Positions 12,886-25,219 of a stretch of DNA of 64,000 bases are shown here, in pieces (within the stretch, counting starts at the first letter, position 1; each line of letters begins with the position of its first letter). The stretch is from Malacoraja senta (taxonomy: Eukaryota). The stretch spans positions 63,116,001 through 63,180,000 of the forward strand of contig CM075982.1 of the NCBI GenBank assembly GCA_038087875.1, read 5' to 3'. The translations under genes were made by a program, and so were the position numbers. The notes beneath the pieces were generated by a model, which saw only the letters and a program-made list of their open reading frames with translations, ran no database searches and was not told where the DNA came from.

Positions 12886-13038
12886 AGGTTCTTTTGTCAG
12901 TAGAAGTTCTCCAATGTCAAGAGTCTCCTCAGTAAAATCCACAAAGAGGCTTGTAACCTCACAAAAAAACTCCAGCAGCTTGGAGCCACGGCCAATTCGT
13001 GTGGAGAAAATATGGAAGTCATTGCGGAAAGGCCTAAA
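12886..13038 (+). CDS. RIPOR3: RIPOR3 coding exon 2 (...EPRPIRVEKIWKSLRKGL)
   Basis: ttttgcag acceptor, GTAAGA donor, phase 2-2; resembles DPKPQQVKKIFEALKRGL. Confidence 0.9.
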
Positions 13039-13659
13039 GTAAGAATCTTTATTTAATGTGCTAGTTACTCAATTCAGCATTACTAAACTATCCTCACTAT
13101 AGTGTAATCTGGTAAAATTAGCTAAAGTGTTAACTTTTCAGATTAATAATCACCACGTCAATTATTAGTGCCCAAGTAAAATTTGGAAATACAGTCTTTA
13201 TATCAATCTTTGCTGATCAATGTCTGTAAATACTAAACTCCTCTCTCCCCAGTTCTTCTCTTTTGGTACATTGCAGTCAGATTGACGGTATCATTCCTCG
13301 ATGTTCACCAAATATAAATGGTTGCAGCATCTGCATAGTATATCTGGTAAATCTCCTGAAATTCTTCCTACAGTGGATTATGACTGAATGCTGTCTCCAA
13401 TTCCCGACAATAGACAAGAGAGACATGAAGAGGATAATGAGACCTATTTTAGCCTGAATGCACTAGGATCGAATAGGAGTGAAACACGGAAGCTGAGCGG
13501 TAGAATGGATGGTGCTTAGAAGATGGTAACAATGTTTTCAGATGTGGGGACACTGAGAACACTGAGACACTGAGAAAGATAGTGCTGCCTTGAATACCAG
13601 TTTTAACTGAATTGCAGAGTGCAAAGAAAAAGTATTGTAGGAGTAGAAATGAATGGGAT

Positions 13660-13750
13660 GATACACACAAAATGCTGGAATAACTCAGCGGGACAGGCAG
13701 CATGTCTGGATAGAAAGAATGGGTGATGTTTCAGGGCGAGACCCTTCAGA
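13660..13750 (-). mobile_element. Penelope-derived hammerhead module, decayed
   Basis: cacaaaatgctggaataactcagcgggacaggcagcat...gatgtttcagggcgagacccttcaga. Confidence 0.75.
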
Positions 13751-14427
13751 ATGGGATGGATGCCTTTATGAATGGGAAATACTGGACACCTATTGCAAAC
13801 AGGTTATTGTTAAGGTACTCTTTGGGTACATTGCAGTCAGATTGACCATATCAAATATGTAAATGTCACAAAGTTATCAATCAAGAATTGTAAAATGGCT
13901 TATAATATATTCTGGGAAGTGTAGCCATTATTATAATATTAAAATGTGATATCTCCCAAGATGCAATGAAATAAAAATCAATTAGCCGTTTTGATGATAA
14001 TAGTTGAGGAATAAATGTTGATAATGAGACTGTATTTTGGCAAAATTACCTCAGTAGATCATGTTTGTCACAGACATTATGGGCCGAAGGGCCTCAACTT
14101 GTGCTGCACTGTAGATTCAATTCAGGAGGGTGTACTGAATCCATGGCCTTCTGGACATGTGGACTGTTCACTCTACCAAGTAGACACATTTCACAAAATC
14201 AGAGAATATAACATTTGAACCTTAACTAATCTGGCAACTGAGCAACCGTGGCTAAGACTTTTAACATATGAGCTTAAAGGGCCAATGCAAATGCAAATTT
14301 GGCGTTTGCACCTTTTATAGGAACCATTTATTTCTGGAACCTACTTATGCAGTTCTAACCTTCTACTAATACAGAGGTCAAATCCATGAGGCAGAAGAAA
14401 AGCATCCTCGTTTCATAAACAGCATCA

Positions 14428-14735
14428 TGGGCGGCACAGTGACGCAGCGGTATAGTTGCTGCCTTACAGCTGCTTTCAGTGCCAGAGACATGGGTTCGAT
14501 CCCGACTATGGGTGCTGTCTGAATGGAGTTTGTTCGTTCTCCCCATGACCACATGTGTTTTCTCCATCTTCGGTTTTCTCCCACACTCCAAAGACGTACA
14601 GGTTTGTAAACTAATTGGCTTGGTACGAATTTAAAAATTGTCCCTAATGTGTGTAGGACAATGTTAATGAGCGGTCGGTGCGGTCTCGGCCGAAGGGCCT
14701 GTTTCCGCACTGTATCTCAAAACTGTATCTCTAAA
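14428..14735 (+). mobile_element. HE1-like tRNA-derived V-SINE
   Basis: A box (gtgacgcagcgg), B box (ggttcgatccc), V-core gagtttg.cgttctcccc, tail gaagggcctgtttccgcactgtatctc. Confidence 0.85.
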
Positions 14736-14782
14736 TTTAAAATGTTACATTTCAGTGGATTAATAGTAACATTTTTTTACAG

Positions 14783-14861
14783 CAACTATATAGAATCATG
14801 CCAGAATGAGTTAGATTTACTGACCATGCAACAGAAAGACATGAAGAGAAACTCCAGATTG
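14783..14861 (+). CDS. RIPOR3: RIPOR3 coding exon 3 (NYIESCQNELDLLTMQQKDMKRNSRL)
   Basis: tttttttacag acceptor, GTATGT donor; RNSRL motif. Confidence 0.92.
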
Positions 14862-15224
14862 GTATGTTAACAAAATTACTATTCTTTGACAATGGCTTGT
14901 GCAAAGCACAGCTTGTACCTTTGCATCATTTTGGTGTCGGAATTTATACTCATGATGGTTTCAGGAAACTAATATCAAACTAGTATTAAAACATTGTAGA
15001 CAGTATAGAGAGGGCATCACACAATGATTTTATGCTCAGAATACAGGCTTTACAAGCAAGTCCAGCATTTGGGGAAGGGAGGTCCTGGACTTTGGCGTGG
15101 CACTATTAATACAGCTCATGTTCACCAAGGGTGAATCATTCACAACACCTGCAAGAATGTTAAAAAGCTAGCTTCAAAATTAAAATGATAATGATGTGTG
15201 TGTGTGTGGGGGGGGGGGGGGAGG

Positions 15225-15585
15225 GGAGAGAGAAAGCTTGAAGAGAGAAGAGGCAGGCCAAAGCCTGGCGAGCGATAGGTAGAAGGCAGACACAAAATGC
15301 TGGAGTAACTCGGCGGGACTGGCAGCATCTCTGGAGAGAAGGAATGGGTAACGTTTCGGGTCGAGTCCCATCTTCAGACTCATATCATAGAGTAATAGGT
15401 AGATACAGATGAAGGGTGGGGGGTGGGGGGGGGGGTTGGGGGTTGGCTTTAACAGGCGGATGGTTGGAGAAAAACCAGAAGCGAAAAGACAAAAGATGTG
15501 AGATGAGGAAAGAAGATGTGCAAATTGTGAAGCAATTGTGTGAGGAATGAGGGTGGAAAGGAGGGGGAGGGAAGAAATAAATGTG
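15225..15585 (-). mobile_element. Longer Penelope-derived fragment with a hammerhead module (about 15285-15380) nested inside
   Basis: Flanks match 35000-35215. The nested head reads CTGAAGA-T-GGGactcgaCCC-GAAAC-GTT on the minus strand. Confidence 0.65.
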
Positions 15586-16135
15586 CCTTGCAACAAATTT
15601 GCTTGTTACATTTTAGAGAGATAAAACATATTATTTTGTGGACCTCGCTGCAATCCATAACTGATTCCGAAGGCTACCCATTGCCCTGCCATATCATGAT
15701 ACGGCTCGTGTAGGGTAAAGAGGTAGGAAGATTGCGGGCCCCTTGGTAATCATTTTACCAAATTGAGGATGCACATGCATGGTACATTTTAAACGCTGAC
15801 CATTTTCTTTCTTTTGACCATCCTCCCCATTACCCACTGCCTTATGCTGAATTAGCCAGTTCATAACCTTGGAATGCAAGCGAGACTCTGAGCTTCTTGA
15901 TCATAAAAGTTACATACTGCAATGCCCACAGTACAATATAGGGTAGGAGATGAAAACATTGTTACAAATCATTCCATTTCATTGTGCTTTGTGTTGTAAT
16001 CTTTAATGTGTCAAATGAAAATTCAGTAATGCATGATCATAAATGTGTTTGTTTTCTGAAAGGAATAATAATACATTTACTTATAATGAATATAATGAAA
16101 CAACTTATACATATTTCCTGTGTTTATTATTTCAG

Positions 16136-16159
16136 GCTTTTTTATATGATCTAGATAAG
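16136..16159 (+). CDS. RIPOR3: RIPOR3 coding exon 4, 24-nt micro-exon (AFLYDLDK)
   Basis: tttcag acceptor, GTAAGC donor; matches the conserved AFYYDLDK. Confidence 0.9.
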
Positions 16160-16257
16160 GTAAGCACATTGTCAATTCATGTAGGGAAAAACATTTGACT
16201 CCGAGTAGAATAGGCCACAAGGCAGATGGAGCTGCTCAGTTTAACTGAAGCTAATAT

Positions 16258-16571
16258 GGCGGCCACGGTGGCACAGCAGTAGAATTGCTGCCTTACAGTG
16301 CTTGCAGCGTTGGACACCCGGGTTCGATCCCGACTATGGGAGCTGTCTGTGCGGAGTTTGTACGTTCTCCCTGTGACCACGTGGGTTTTCTCCGAGATCT
16401 TCGGTTTCCTCCCACACTCCAAAGACGTACAGGTATTTAGGTTAATTGGCCTGGTGTACATGTAAGTTGTCCCTAGTGCATGTGTGGGGATCGCTGGTCA
16501 GTGCGGACTCGGTAGGCCGAAGGGCCTGTTTCTGCGCTGTATCTCTAAACTAAGAAACTAAACTAAACTAA
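16258..16571 (+). mobile_element. HE1-like tRNA-derived V-SINE
   Basis: A and B boxes, V-core, (CTAAA)n tail. Confidence 0.88.
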
Positions 16572-17068
16572 TATCGAGATTTAAATAGAAGCAGCAATTT
16601 ATAGCTCTGGCCTAGATTGGTGGTTGCAGAGTCCACTCCAGGAAGTGGTTGAACATTGCTTATTAGCAACTGCAGTATTTCTTTGTGGAGATAGTAGAAG
16701 CATCCAACATCTCCTGCCCCATACAAATTACCATGTTAAAATATTTCTGTGCTCTTGCTTTAGCTGCTACTAGTAATGACTGTGTGAAAACTGCAAACAT
16801 TCTATAAATTGTGTAAAACTCTTTGTTTATGTAGCAGCTACTTGCTTGAAAATTGTAGCTGCTGCTTGCCAATTGTACATCAAAGCCTCCCTAAAAGTCC
16901 TTCCTCACCCCTGATTTTCAATTGCCTGCATTCAATTTTGTTCAACATTGATGGGGATTGAATGGAAGATTTTTTGTTATCAGCAGTGTAACATAGAAAT
17001 CACATTATTTGTGCAGATATCGGTATTAATTGTTTATTTGATCACTAATGAAAACTATCATATTTCAG

Positions 17069-17122
17069 CAAATTAGAACTACCGAGAGATACGTCAGGAA
17101 ATTGGAATTTCACATCAGCAGG
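17069..17122 (+). CDS. RIPOR3: RIPOR3 coding exon 5 (QIRTTERYVRKLEFHISR)
   Basis: tttcag acceptor, GTAAGA donor; ERxxRKxEFHIS motif. Confidence 0.92.
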
Positions 17123-17301
17123 GTAAGATTTTGCAGATTGCCAATAATGGAATTTTTTTTTTCTCCTAATTAAAAGGAGGCAATTTAAATAGCTTCTCAT
17201 GGATAATAAAAACAGCTGTTTTGGATAAACCATTTGGGTTTCTCCTAAGTACTTTTTTACTCAAGATTTCTGGTGAAATAAAATGACAGTAGGTTCAATT
17301 T

Positions 17302-17713
17302 AATAGACAATAGACAATAGGTTCAGGAGTAGGCCATTCGGCCCTTCGAGCCAGCACCGCCATTCAATGTGATCATGGCTGATCATCCCCAATCAGTACC
17401 CCGTTCCTGCCTTCTCCCCATATCCCCTGACTCCGCTATTTTTAAGAGCCCTATCTAGCTCTCTCTTGAAAGCATCCAGAAGACCTGCCTCCACTACCCT
17501 CTGAGGCAGAGAATTCCACACACTCATAACTCTCTGTGTGAAAAAGTTTTCCCTCATCTCCGTTCTAAATGGCTTACCACTTATTCTTAAACTACGGCCC
17601 CTGGTTCTGGACTCACACAACATGGGGAACATATTTCCTGCCTCCAGCGTGTCCAAACCCTTAACAATCTTATATGTTTCAATGAGAATCCCTCTCATCC
17701 TTCTAAACTCCAG
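17302..17713 (-). mobile_element. CR1 LINE 3' end
   Basis: ORF 17393..17698 (MRGILIETYKI...TRGRSL...FFTQRV..WNSLP) is the CR1 ORF2 C-terminus; (TATTGTC)n tail. Confidence 0.9.
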
Positions 17714-17928
17714 ATTAATAAATCATAAGTCATTTACATTCATTAAGTTAGGTGAAACATTTAAAATATGAAAGAAAGCTAAAACTTTTGTTGCACGACC
17801 ACTTGGAATACAATCACAAAGTATTAAATATAATATTCAGTTGTTTATTAACATCATAACCTTGAACATTTTATTATATTGTTCACATAATGTGAATTCT
17901 ATGCTTTTTGTAAACTTGTTTAAAACAC

Positions 17929-18362
17929 AAGTGGGCAGGTGCTATAGACCTGCACGGGAAGGTAGACACTCCCGCCCCCACGAGTCTCGGGCAGATGGGG
18001 CTCGTCAGCCTGGAAAGGCAGTCCATCTAGGAGAGTTAAAAATCTGATTTAAAACCTTCACTGCCTTGTGGCCATATCCAGTCATGGAAAATGCTCCAGG
18101 AGTACACCTCAATAAAATTCAGAGTCGGAGCCCCTAAGGCAGTTCATTGTTGTCTACAACCTTGCTCTGGCAGCTCCTGCGACGGCGCTGGTGCCGAACT
18201 GTAACGGCCCTGCTGTTCCTTTGGATCGATCAGCGACGTGGAGAGGGGGGACGTGCTGCATGGGCAACAGCCAGTCCTCCATATGACATCGCCCAGGCTT
18301 GCATCCGACCAGGATGCATCACCCATGGTCAGTCATGACCGAGGGGGGCCTACTACTACTAG
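17929..18362 (+). mobile_element. Short non-autonomous retroposon, possibly RTE-related
   Basis: 9-bp TSD ttaaaacac (17920-17928 and 18363-18371), (TAC)n tail, GC-rich body with no real ORF. Confidence 0.65.
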
Positions 18363-19012
18363 TTAAAACACCATTTTGATATGTTTTGCTGGATTGAATT
18401 TCTGCAATGTCCAAGAACAGCCTGTGCTTTTGCAATATTAGAATGGAAACTATGGCACCTCAAGCTTGGCCTTTTGCAATGGAGTTTTCATATCATCAAA
18501 GTTAAATATAAGTATTACAACAGTAGTTTTATTGCCCATGGAGGCTTCAGTCCCATATTTTCAGTGATAAATATGAATGGCCCAGAATAGATATTTTGAC
18601 TTGGTTGTTCATAATGCAAAGAAGAACCTGTTGACATGGTACGCTTACTATGACAGCAACATGATTAACTCTTAATATCCTCAAAAATACATTAGCAAAC
18701 CACACACCATTTCCTCAGGCAAACTAGAGATGTGCAATTCAAATCACCAATGTCCACAAATCACCAAAGGACAAATAATATGTTAACACATTTTTACCAG
18801 TGTTCCATGTAAACTACCTGGTTAGTTCCCAGAATGATTATCATAATTTACTTTCTGCAAGGATTGTTTCTCCTCTCTTGTTGCACGTTCTCATCTTCTT
18901 TCCCCTATGTTTTATATGATCTTGCCGTGGGATAACCAAGCAGGAGTTAATTGCACATTACAAACCAATGCTGGTCTCTTACAGAGCAGCTAAGAATTGT
19001 TTTACTCAGTAA

Positions 19013-19248
19013 AGGGCCTGTCCCACTTTCATAACCTAATTCTCGACCTTTTTTACTCGTGGACATTTTTCATCATGCTAAAAAACGCCCCGACTTACTT
19101 GATGCCACGAGTACCTACGACTAGCATCACGGCCTGCTACAATCTACCTGCGACCTCCTACAACCTCGTGACGACCATGCTGCGAGTATGAGTCAAGGGC
19201 AAACTCGGCAGAGTTCGTGAATTAGGTCGTGAAAGTGGGACAGGCCCT
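19013..19248. mobile_element. PIF/Harbinger-type MITE
   Basis: TIR agggcctgtcccactttca...tgaaagtgggacaggccct, flanked by TAA and TTA. Confidence 0.85.
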
Positions 19249-19590
19249 TTAGTTGTTGCAATCTGGAATATACTATATGAAAGGGTGATGAAAGTAGATT
19301 CAATAGTAATTTTCAAAAGAATATTAAATATATATTGGAAAGTTAAAAAACAAAACAGGAATGGTTAAAGTAAAGGGAATTGGGATTAATTGAACGATTA
19401 TTTCAACAACAAAAAATAGTATAAGCTTAATCAACTAAAGGCCTCACTCTATGATATAAAATTCTATACGCTTAGTATAATGAAATAATTAGAAGTTTAG
19501 AAATGCCCAATGCTTTGAGGGTGTTTACATATAATTTTATATATAGAAACCAGTATAAGAATTATTCTGTTGTGTACATCTATCATCCAG

Positions 19591-19740
19591 ATAGAAGAAT
19601 TATACGAGTCCTACTTCATCCAATGGCGTCTACGCAATGGGGCAAACAACATGAGAAGAGCCTACTCAATAACACCTTCCACCAAAGGATCACGGGAAAC
19701 ACTGCTGGAGATTAATAGGAACTACAGGTTATGTACAGAG
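19591..19740 (+). CDS. RIPOR3: RIPOR3 coding exon 6 ([25 protein letters not shown]...CTE)
   Basis: ccag acceptor, GTATTC donor; inside ORF 19570..19821. Confidence 0.93.
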
Positions 19741-20404
19741 GTATTCCATCTGTGTACTTCTAAAATGTATTACTATTGTTATTTGGCAGATGTGACTCAG
19801 GTTAAAAAAGATTCCAATTAATCTATTTATTTACAGACTGTAGCAGCATTAAACATTACATTAGTAATCATTCTATTTCTCAATTTTATTTTGAAGATTT
19901 TTTTCCAATTATGCTTATTTAAAATAAGCTTTTTTTAGGAAAGATAGGGACTGTTACCAATTTAAAACAATTAACTCTTTTTTTCAGCACCAATGCTAAA
20001 ATTCTGACATATAGGTTACTGACACTGAAATAAAAGTAAACAATGCTGGAACCACTCAGCTGGTCAGCTTGTGAATGAAAGTGGAAGTAGTTAATGAGCT
20101 TCATTAAGTGAGATCTTTGCTTTCTAAATATAGAAATTGAAATTGAGAATCTAAGTGGTTAAAAAAATATGTATCTACGAATTATCGTCAAATGATCCAT
20201 CAGGTGAATTCTGCTTCTGAATTTGTCCATTCAACAAACATTTTATTCAAGTGCCTACTCTGGAGATATTCAGTCATATATAAGGACCATTGCATCATGT
20301 AACAGTATTTTAGTCAAGTTAAGTCAATTCTATGTCCTGTGTACAGGTACAGAGAGGTACAGGTACAATAAAAATCTTGCTTTCAGTGGCATGGTGAATC
20401 CCTT

Positions 20405-21046
20405 TGAGAAACAAAGAAGATGGAACAGGTCATAAATGAAGAAAGGCGATATAATCCCTTGCTGGGTGTTAACTGCCAAGTTGTAATGACTATCCTCGTT
20501 GGTGTTAAACTGGGCATAATAAGTACAGGATAAATCCAGTGTAGTGAAGTGTTTCATCACATGTTGAGATGTGGGTTTAGGGCTTGTCACATATAGCTCC
20601 TCCTCAGGTTACAAAAGCCTGGCATGTACAAATAAAGGAGCATTTGCAAGACCGGCTAAATGGATTTGCCAGCTGCTGCGGGGCGCAGGCATCTTTTTCC
20701 ATGGGAACTGGGTTCACGGCAATATCTGAATGGTTGATATAAACATCCTGATATAATTACACATTGTCCTTTGTTGCCCCGTTTCTATTAAAAAAGACGC
20801 TGCATTTCAGACTTGCTGACTATATGGATAATAAACAGTTCTCAGGAACGGAATCCTCCCGTAAACTGGGGAGGACCTGTAGTTTTATAGCAAGGATAAC
20901 TTTATAAAGCATATGGAGTTGAACAATCTTTCAGGATTTAGGTACTACCATATGTTGTTGCTCTATCAGTCTGTGTGAATTTCATCAATACCCATTAGCT
21001 TAACTTTATGGATGAGAAACAAAGAAGATGGAACAGGTCATAAATG
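20405..21046 (-). mobile_element. Decayed Ty3/Gypsy pol-like segment between 34-bp exact direct repeats
   Basis: Repeats at 20405-20438 and 21013-21046. Minus strand HFTTLDLSCTYYAQFNTNEDSHYNLAVNT resembles a Gypsy RT motif. Confidence 0.45.
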
Positions 21047-21721
21047 GAGTCCCAGATGACCATCTGCATAGAATTCTAGATGCAAACCTGATGTGAAAGG
21101 GAGGCAGGCTGCAATTAGGCTTAGTGCCAATGCAGTATTCCTAACATGAGTTAATATCTTATTAAATGACGGAGCAGACATAAGGGGCCCAATGGTCTCC
21201 GATTTTTATTTTGTAAGTTTTATAACACAATCTTTGAAGGAGTGATAGCTTCAAATAATTAACATTGTCCATTGCCAATATTATGTCTACTTATTCATTT
21301 TATTCATAACCAATTAAGTTTAATTCTAATAGTTTGATTTTAATTTGCACGACAATAAGTTTCCCTACTTAAATAAATCGATATGAAGTAATTCACCTGA
21401 CCAGGAAGGTATTTATTTTAAAACAAGCAAGACAGCACACCAGAGACCACTTTTTTAGCTTTTCCAGTTTGGGGCCCCGGATAAAATGTGCATTTCTGCA
21501 CAACCAACAGTAATTGTTTTGCCTGAATGTTTTAACATCTGGTCTGCTAAGGAATGTTATAATTTACCGATTAAAAATATACTCATTGCAAAATAATAGA
21601 TTATTAATGAATGGTCTCCTTCCGAAGAGAACACAGAGCAAGCATTTCAAAACATCATAATGACTATTTCACATTTCAGAGCTTGTTTTTGTGAATGGCA
21701 TAAAGTTACTAGCTGATCAGG

Positions 21722-21965
21722 TTACAGAGTGCTGCAGTAGTTAATGCTCACAGCACCAGCGACCTGGGTTGAGCCCTGATCTCCACGGATGTCTGTACAG
21801 AGTTTACACATTCTCCCTTTTCCCCAGGTGCTCCTGTTTCCTCTCATGTCTCAAAGTTATGCTGGTAGGTTAATTGGCAACTGTAAATCATCCCTCGTGT
21901 TTGTAGGTGGCAAAATAAGTCAAAGGTGAGTTGATGGTCATGTGAGAGAAAATAAGTTACAGAGA
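21722..21965 (+). mobile_element. V-SINE, diverged
   Basis: ctcacagcaccagcgacctgggttgagccctgatct...gagtttacacattctccc...ggtaggttaattggc. Confidence 0.6.
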
Positions 21966-22374
21966 GATAAGTGGGGGGGAGGGGGGGGGGGGATTTATGT
22001 GTGGTGCTGCAGGAGTTAGGTGAGGTCCAGCATTGCCAAAAGTTTTATTTCTGATTCATGGTAAACTATCTCTGTCAACTATTCCCGCGCTAAAATTTGC
22101 TGAGGTTTCTGCGCATTTCCAATTCAAGCCTCTGACATTTATTTGATTGTAGTTGCTCCATCATGAGTGGTTGTGCTTTCATCTGCCTCAGCACCATACT
22201 ATGGAATGTATATTCCAACTTCTCTGCTTCTCCGTTTTCTCTCACTTCCTTTAAGACATTTTAAAAATTCTACTTGGTTGTCAGCCTAAATTTGAATCAG
22301 TTTCAAATTTTGTTTGATAGTCTTCCAGTGTACTATTTTGGGTCACCTAACTACTTTGTGATATAAACATTACG

Positions 22375-22990
22375 TTTAGGTTTATTATTATCATGTGTAC
22401 CAAGGTACAGTGAAAAGCTTACAGTTCCATAGACAAAGTCCAATGTCCACGTTGGGGAAAAGGTGAATTGGTCAGTACTCTAGCTTATGGAAGGACCATT
22501 CAGAAGCCTGTTAACAGAGGGGATGAAACAGTTCCAGAGTATGGCGGTGCGTGCTTTCAAGCTTCAGTACTTTTTGCCGGATGGGAGCAGGGAGAAGAAG
22601 GAATGACTGGGGTGGGCGAGAATTTGATTATGTTGGCAGCTTTTCCGTCAAGTGTAGATGGGGTGAATGGTGAGACATCTAGTCTGAGTGATGGACTGGG
22701 CTGCAACTACCACTCTCTGCAATTTCTTGCGGTCTTGGGCAGAGCTGTTCAAAAGTCAAGCTGTGAAACAACATGACAGTAACCTTGCTATGGTGCATCT
22801 GTAGAAGGTTGTAAGAGTCATTTGAGACATGCTGAATTTCCTCAGTCTCCGCAGGAAGTAGAGGTGTTGGTGCGCCTACTTGGCTGTCGCATCAACGTGG
22901 TTGATCTACGATAGATCATTGGTAATTTTAACGCCAAGGAACGAAGCTCTCAACTATTACCACTTTGGCAACATTGATACTTATTGGGGC
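22375..22990 (-). mobile_element. Rex1/Babar-like LINE 3' fragment
   Basis: tttattattatcatgtgtaccaaggtacagtgaaaagctt tail; ggtgcatctgtagaaggttgtaagag encodes LTTFYRCTI on the minus strand. Confidence 0.7.
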
Positions 22991-23042
22991 ATGTATATTC
23001 TATTATCAATAATATGGGATCCTTCTGTTTTCCTTCCTGTAG

Positions 23043-23106
23043 GATATGTGTGTGATAGAGAAAACACTGGAGATTCTTCTTGGGGAATTTCACATCAGAA
23101 TGAAAG
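23043..23106 (+). CDS. RIPOR3: RIPOR3 coding exon 7 (DMCVIEKTLEILLGEFHIRMK)
   Basis: ttcctgtag acceptor, GTAACT donor; LGEFHIRMK motif. Confidence 0.93.
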
Positions 23107-23597
23107 GTAACTTTAAAATCAATTAAAAAAAACTTCCTTGGAATGAAATAGATTTTGCATCTTTCTAAAATAGTCAAATGGATATATGTAAATGACCTTT
23201 TGTGCTGTGAGAGTTTTTTCTTTGTTATTACTATTTTCTTTTTCTGTTGCTTGAGGATTACACGGCATTTGGTAATTAACCTCTCTTTTGTTGAATTTTA
23301 ATTTTAAGAAACAATATATCTCTGTTCTCATGAAAAATAAAGAGCTATTGTTACCACCCCCTGTTTCACACTTCCCGCTGACCTCTTTATACTGCTGTCT
23401 TTCCTATATACTCTCAGTCCTGCATTGCCCTAACCTGCAGTCAGCGATCTCTTTGCCTCTATAGATGCAACTTGACCCACTAAGTTTGTTTCTGGTTAAA
23501 AAAAAATCTGTTTCTCTCCCCAAAGATAGTGCCTTATCTGTTGAGAAGTTCTGTAGTTTTCTGCTTTTGTTAAGTTAGTGCCAAATTTTACTCGAAA

Positions 23598-24944
23598 ATA
23601 GAAACATAGAAAAATAGATGCAGGAGGAGGCTAATCGGCCCTTTGAGCCAACAACGCCATTCAATATGATCATGGCTGATCATCTAAAATCAGTACCCTG
23701 TTCATGCTTTTTCCCAATATCCCTTGATTCATTTAGTCTTAAGAGCTAAGTCTAACTCTCTCTTGAAAACATCTAGTGAATTGGCCTCCACTGCCTTCTG
23801 TGGCAGAGAATTCCACAGATTCACAACTCTCTGGATGAAGAAGTTTTTCCTCATCTCAGTCCTAAATGGCCTATCACTTATTCTTAAACTGTGACCCCTG
23901 GTTCTGGACTCTCCCAACATCGGGAACAATTTTCCTGCATCTAGCCTGTCCAATCTTTTAAGAATTGTATCTGTTTCTATAAGATGCCCTCTCATCCTTC
24001 TAAATTCCAGTGAATACAAGCTCAGTCGACCCATTCTTTCATCATATGTCAGTCCAGCCATCCTGGGAATTAACCTGGTGAACCTACGCTGCACTCCCTC
24101 AATAGCAATAATGTCCTTCCTCAAATTAGGAGACCAAAGATGCACACAATACTCCAGGTGTGGTCTCACCAAGGCCCTGCACAACTGCAGTAGGACCTCC
24201 TTGCTCCTAAACTCAAATCCTCTCACAATGAAGGCCAACATGCCATTAGCTTTCTTCACTGCCTGCTCTACCTGCATGCTTACTTTCAGTGACTGATGTA
24301 CAAGCACACGCAGGTCTCGTTGCACCTCCCCTTTCCCTAATTTGACACCATTCAGATAATAATCTGCCTTCCTGTTCTTGCCAACAATGTGGATAACCTC
24401 ACATTTATCCACATTATACTGCATCTGCGATGCATCTGCTCATTCACCCAACCTATCCAAGTCACCCTGCAGTCTCATAGCATCCTCATCACAGCTCACA
24501 CTGCCACCCAGCTTTGTGTCATCCGTAAACTTGGAGATGTCACATTTAATCTCCTCATCTAAACCGTTAATATATATTGTAAATTACTGGAGTCCCAGCA
24601 CCGAGCCTTGCAACACCCCACTAGTCATCGCCTGCCATTCTGAAAAGGTCCCATGAATACCTACTCTTTACTTCCTGTCTGCCAACCAGTTCTCTATCCA
24701 CGTCAATACCCTACCCACAATACCAATGTGTTCTAATTTCTTGTGTGGGACCTTGTCAAAGGCTTTTTGAAAGTCCAGATACAACACATCCACTGGCTCT
24801 CCCGTATCCATTCTACTTGTTACATCCTCAAAAAATGTCATAAGTTTAGTCAACGATGATTTCCCCTTCATAAATCCATGCTGACTTTGACCGATCCTGT
24901 CACTGCTTTCCAAATGTGCTGCTATAACATTTTTAACAATCGAC
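23598..24944 (-). mobile_element. CR1 LINE, 5'-truncated, frameshifted RT
   Basis: ORFs 24668..24997 (QHGFMKGKS..YLDFQKAFDKVPH) and 23729..24424 (LVRPHLEYC..FTRLIP); (TTTCTATG)-type tail. Confidence 0.93.
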
Positions 24945-25219
24945 CCAAGATAGTACTTTGTATAAGGATGATGGGTCATTTGGTACACTGAGATCATAAA
25001 GAGGTTCTGTCTGACCTTTCATTGACAAAAATATACCATTTGAGGAAATCTAGATGTGAACTTCTACTACCCTGGTTAATACTTCTCAGCCAACATTACT
25101 AAAACAGATTTGTTCTCGTGTATTAGTCTGCTGTTTGTGACACTTTCCCATAAAGGAGAATGCATGGATTTTGGAGAGATGCGTTTGGTAACTGCTTAAT
25201 GTTATGAGCAACAATGTAG

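Noticed and set aside
14428-14510. tRNA-like A/B boxes (also at 16258)
   Set aside because: These are SINE heads continuing into a V-core and LINE tail, with no complete cloverleaf.
15195-15445. (TG)n and poly-G runs (also near 21972, 30896 and 34707) as functional G-quadruplexes
   Set aside because: Simple repeats mostly within TE remnants; homopolymer lengths are unreliable and no function is evident.
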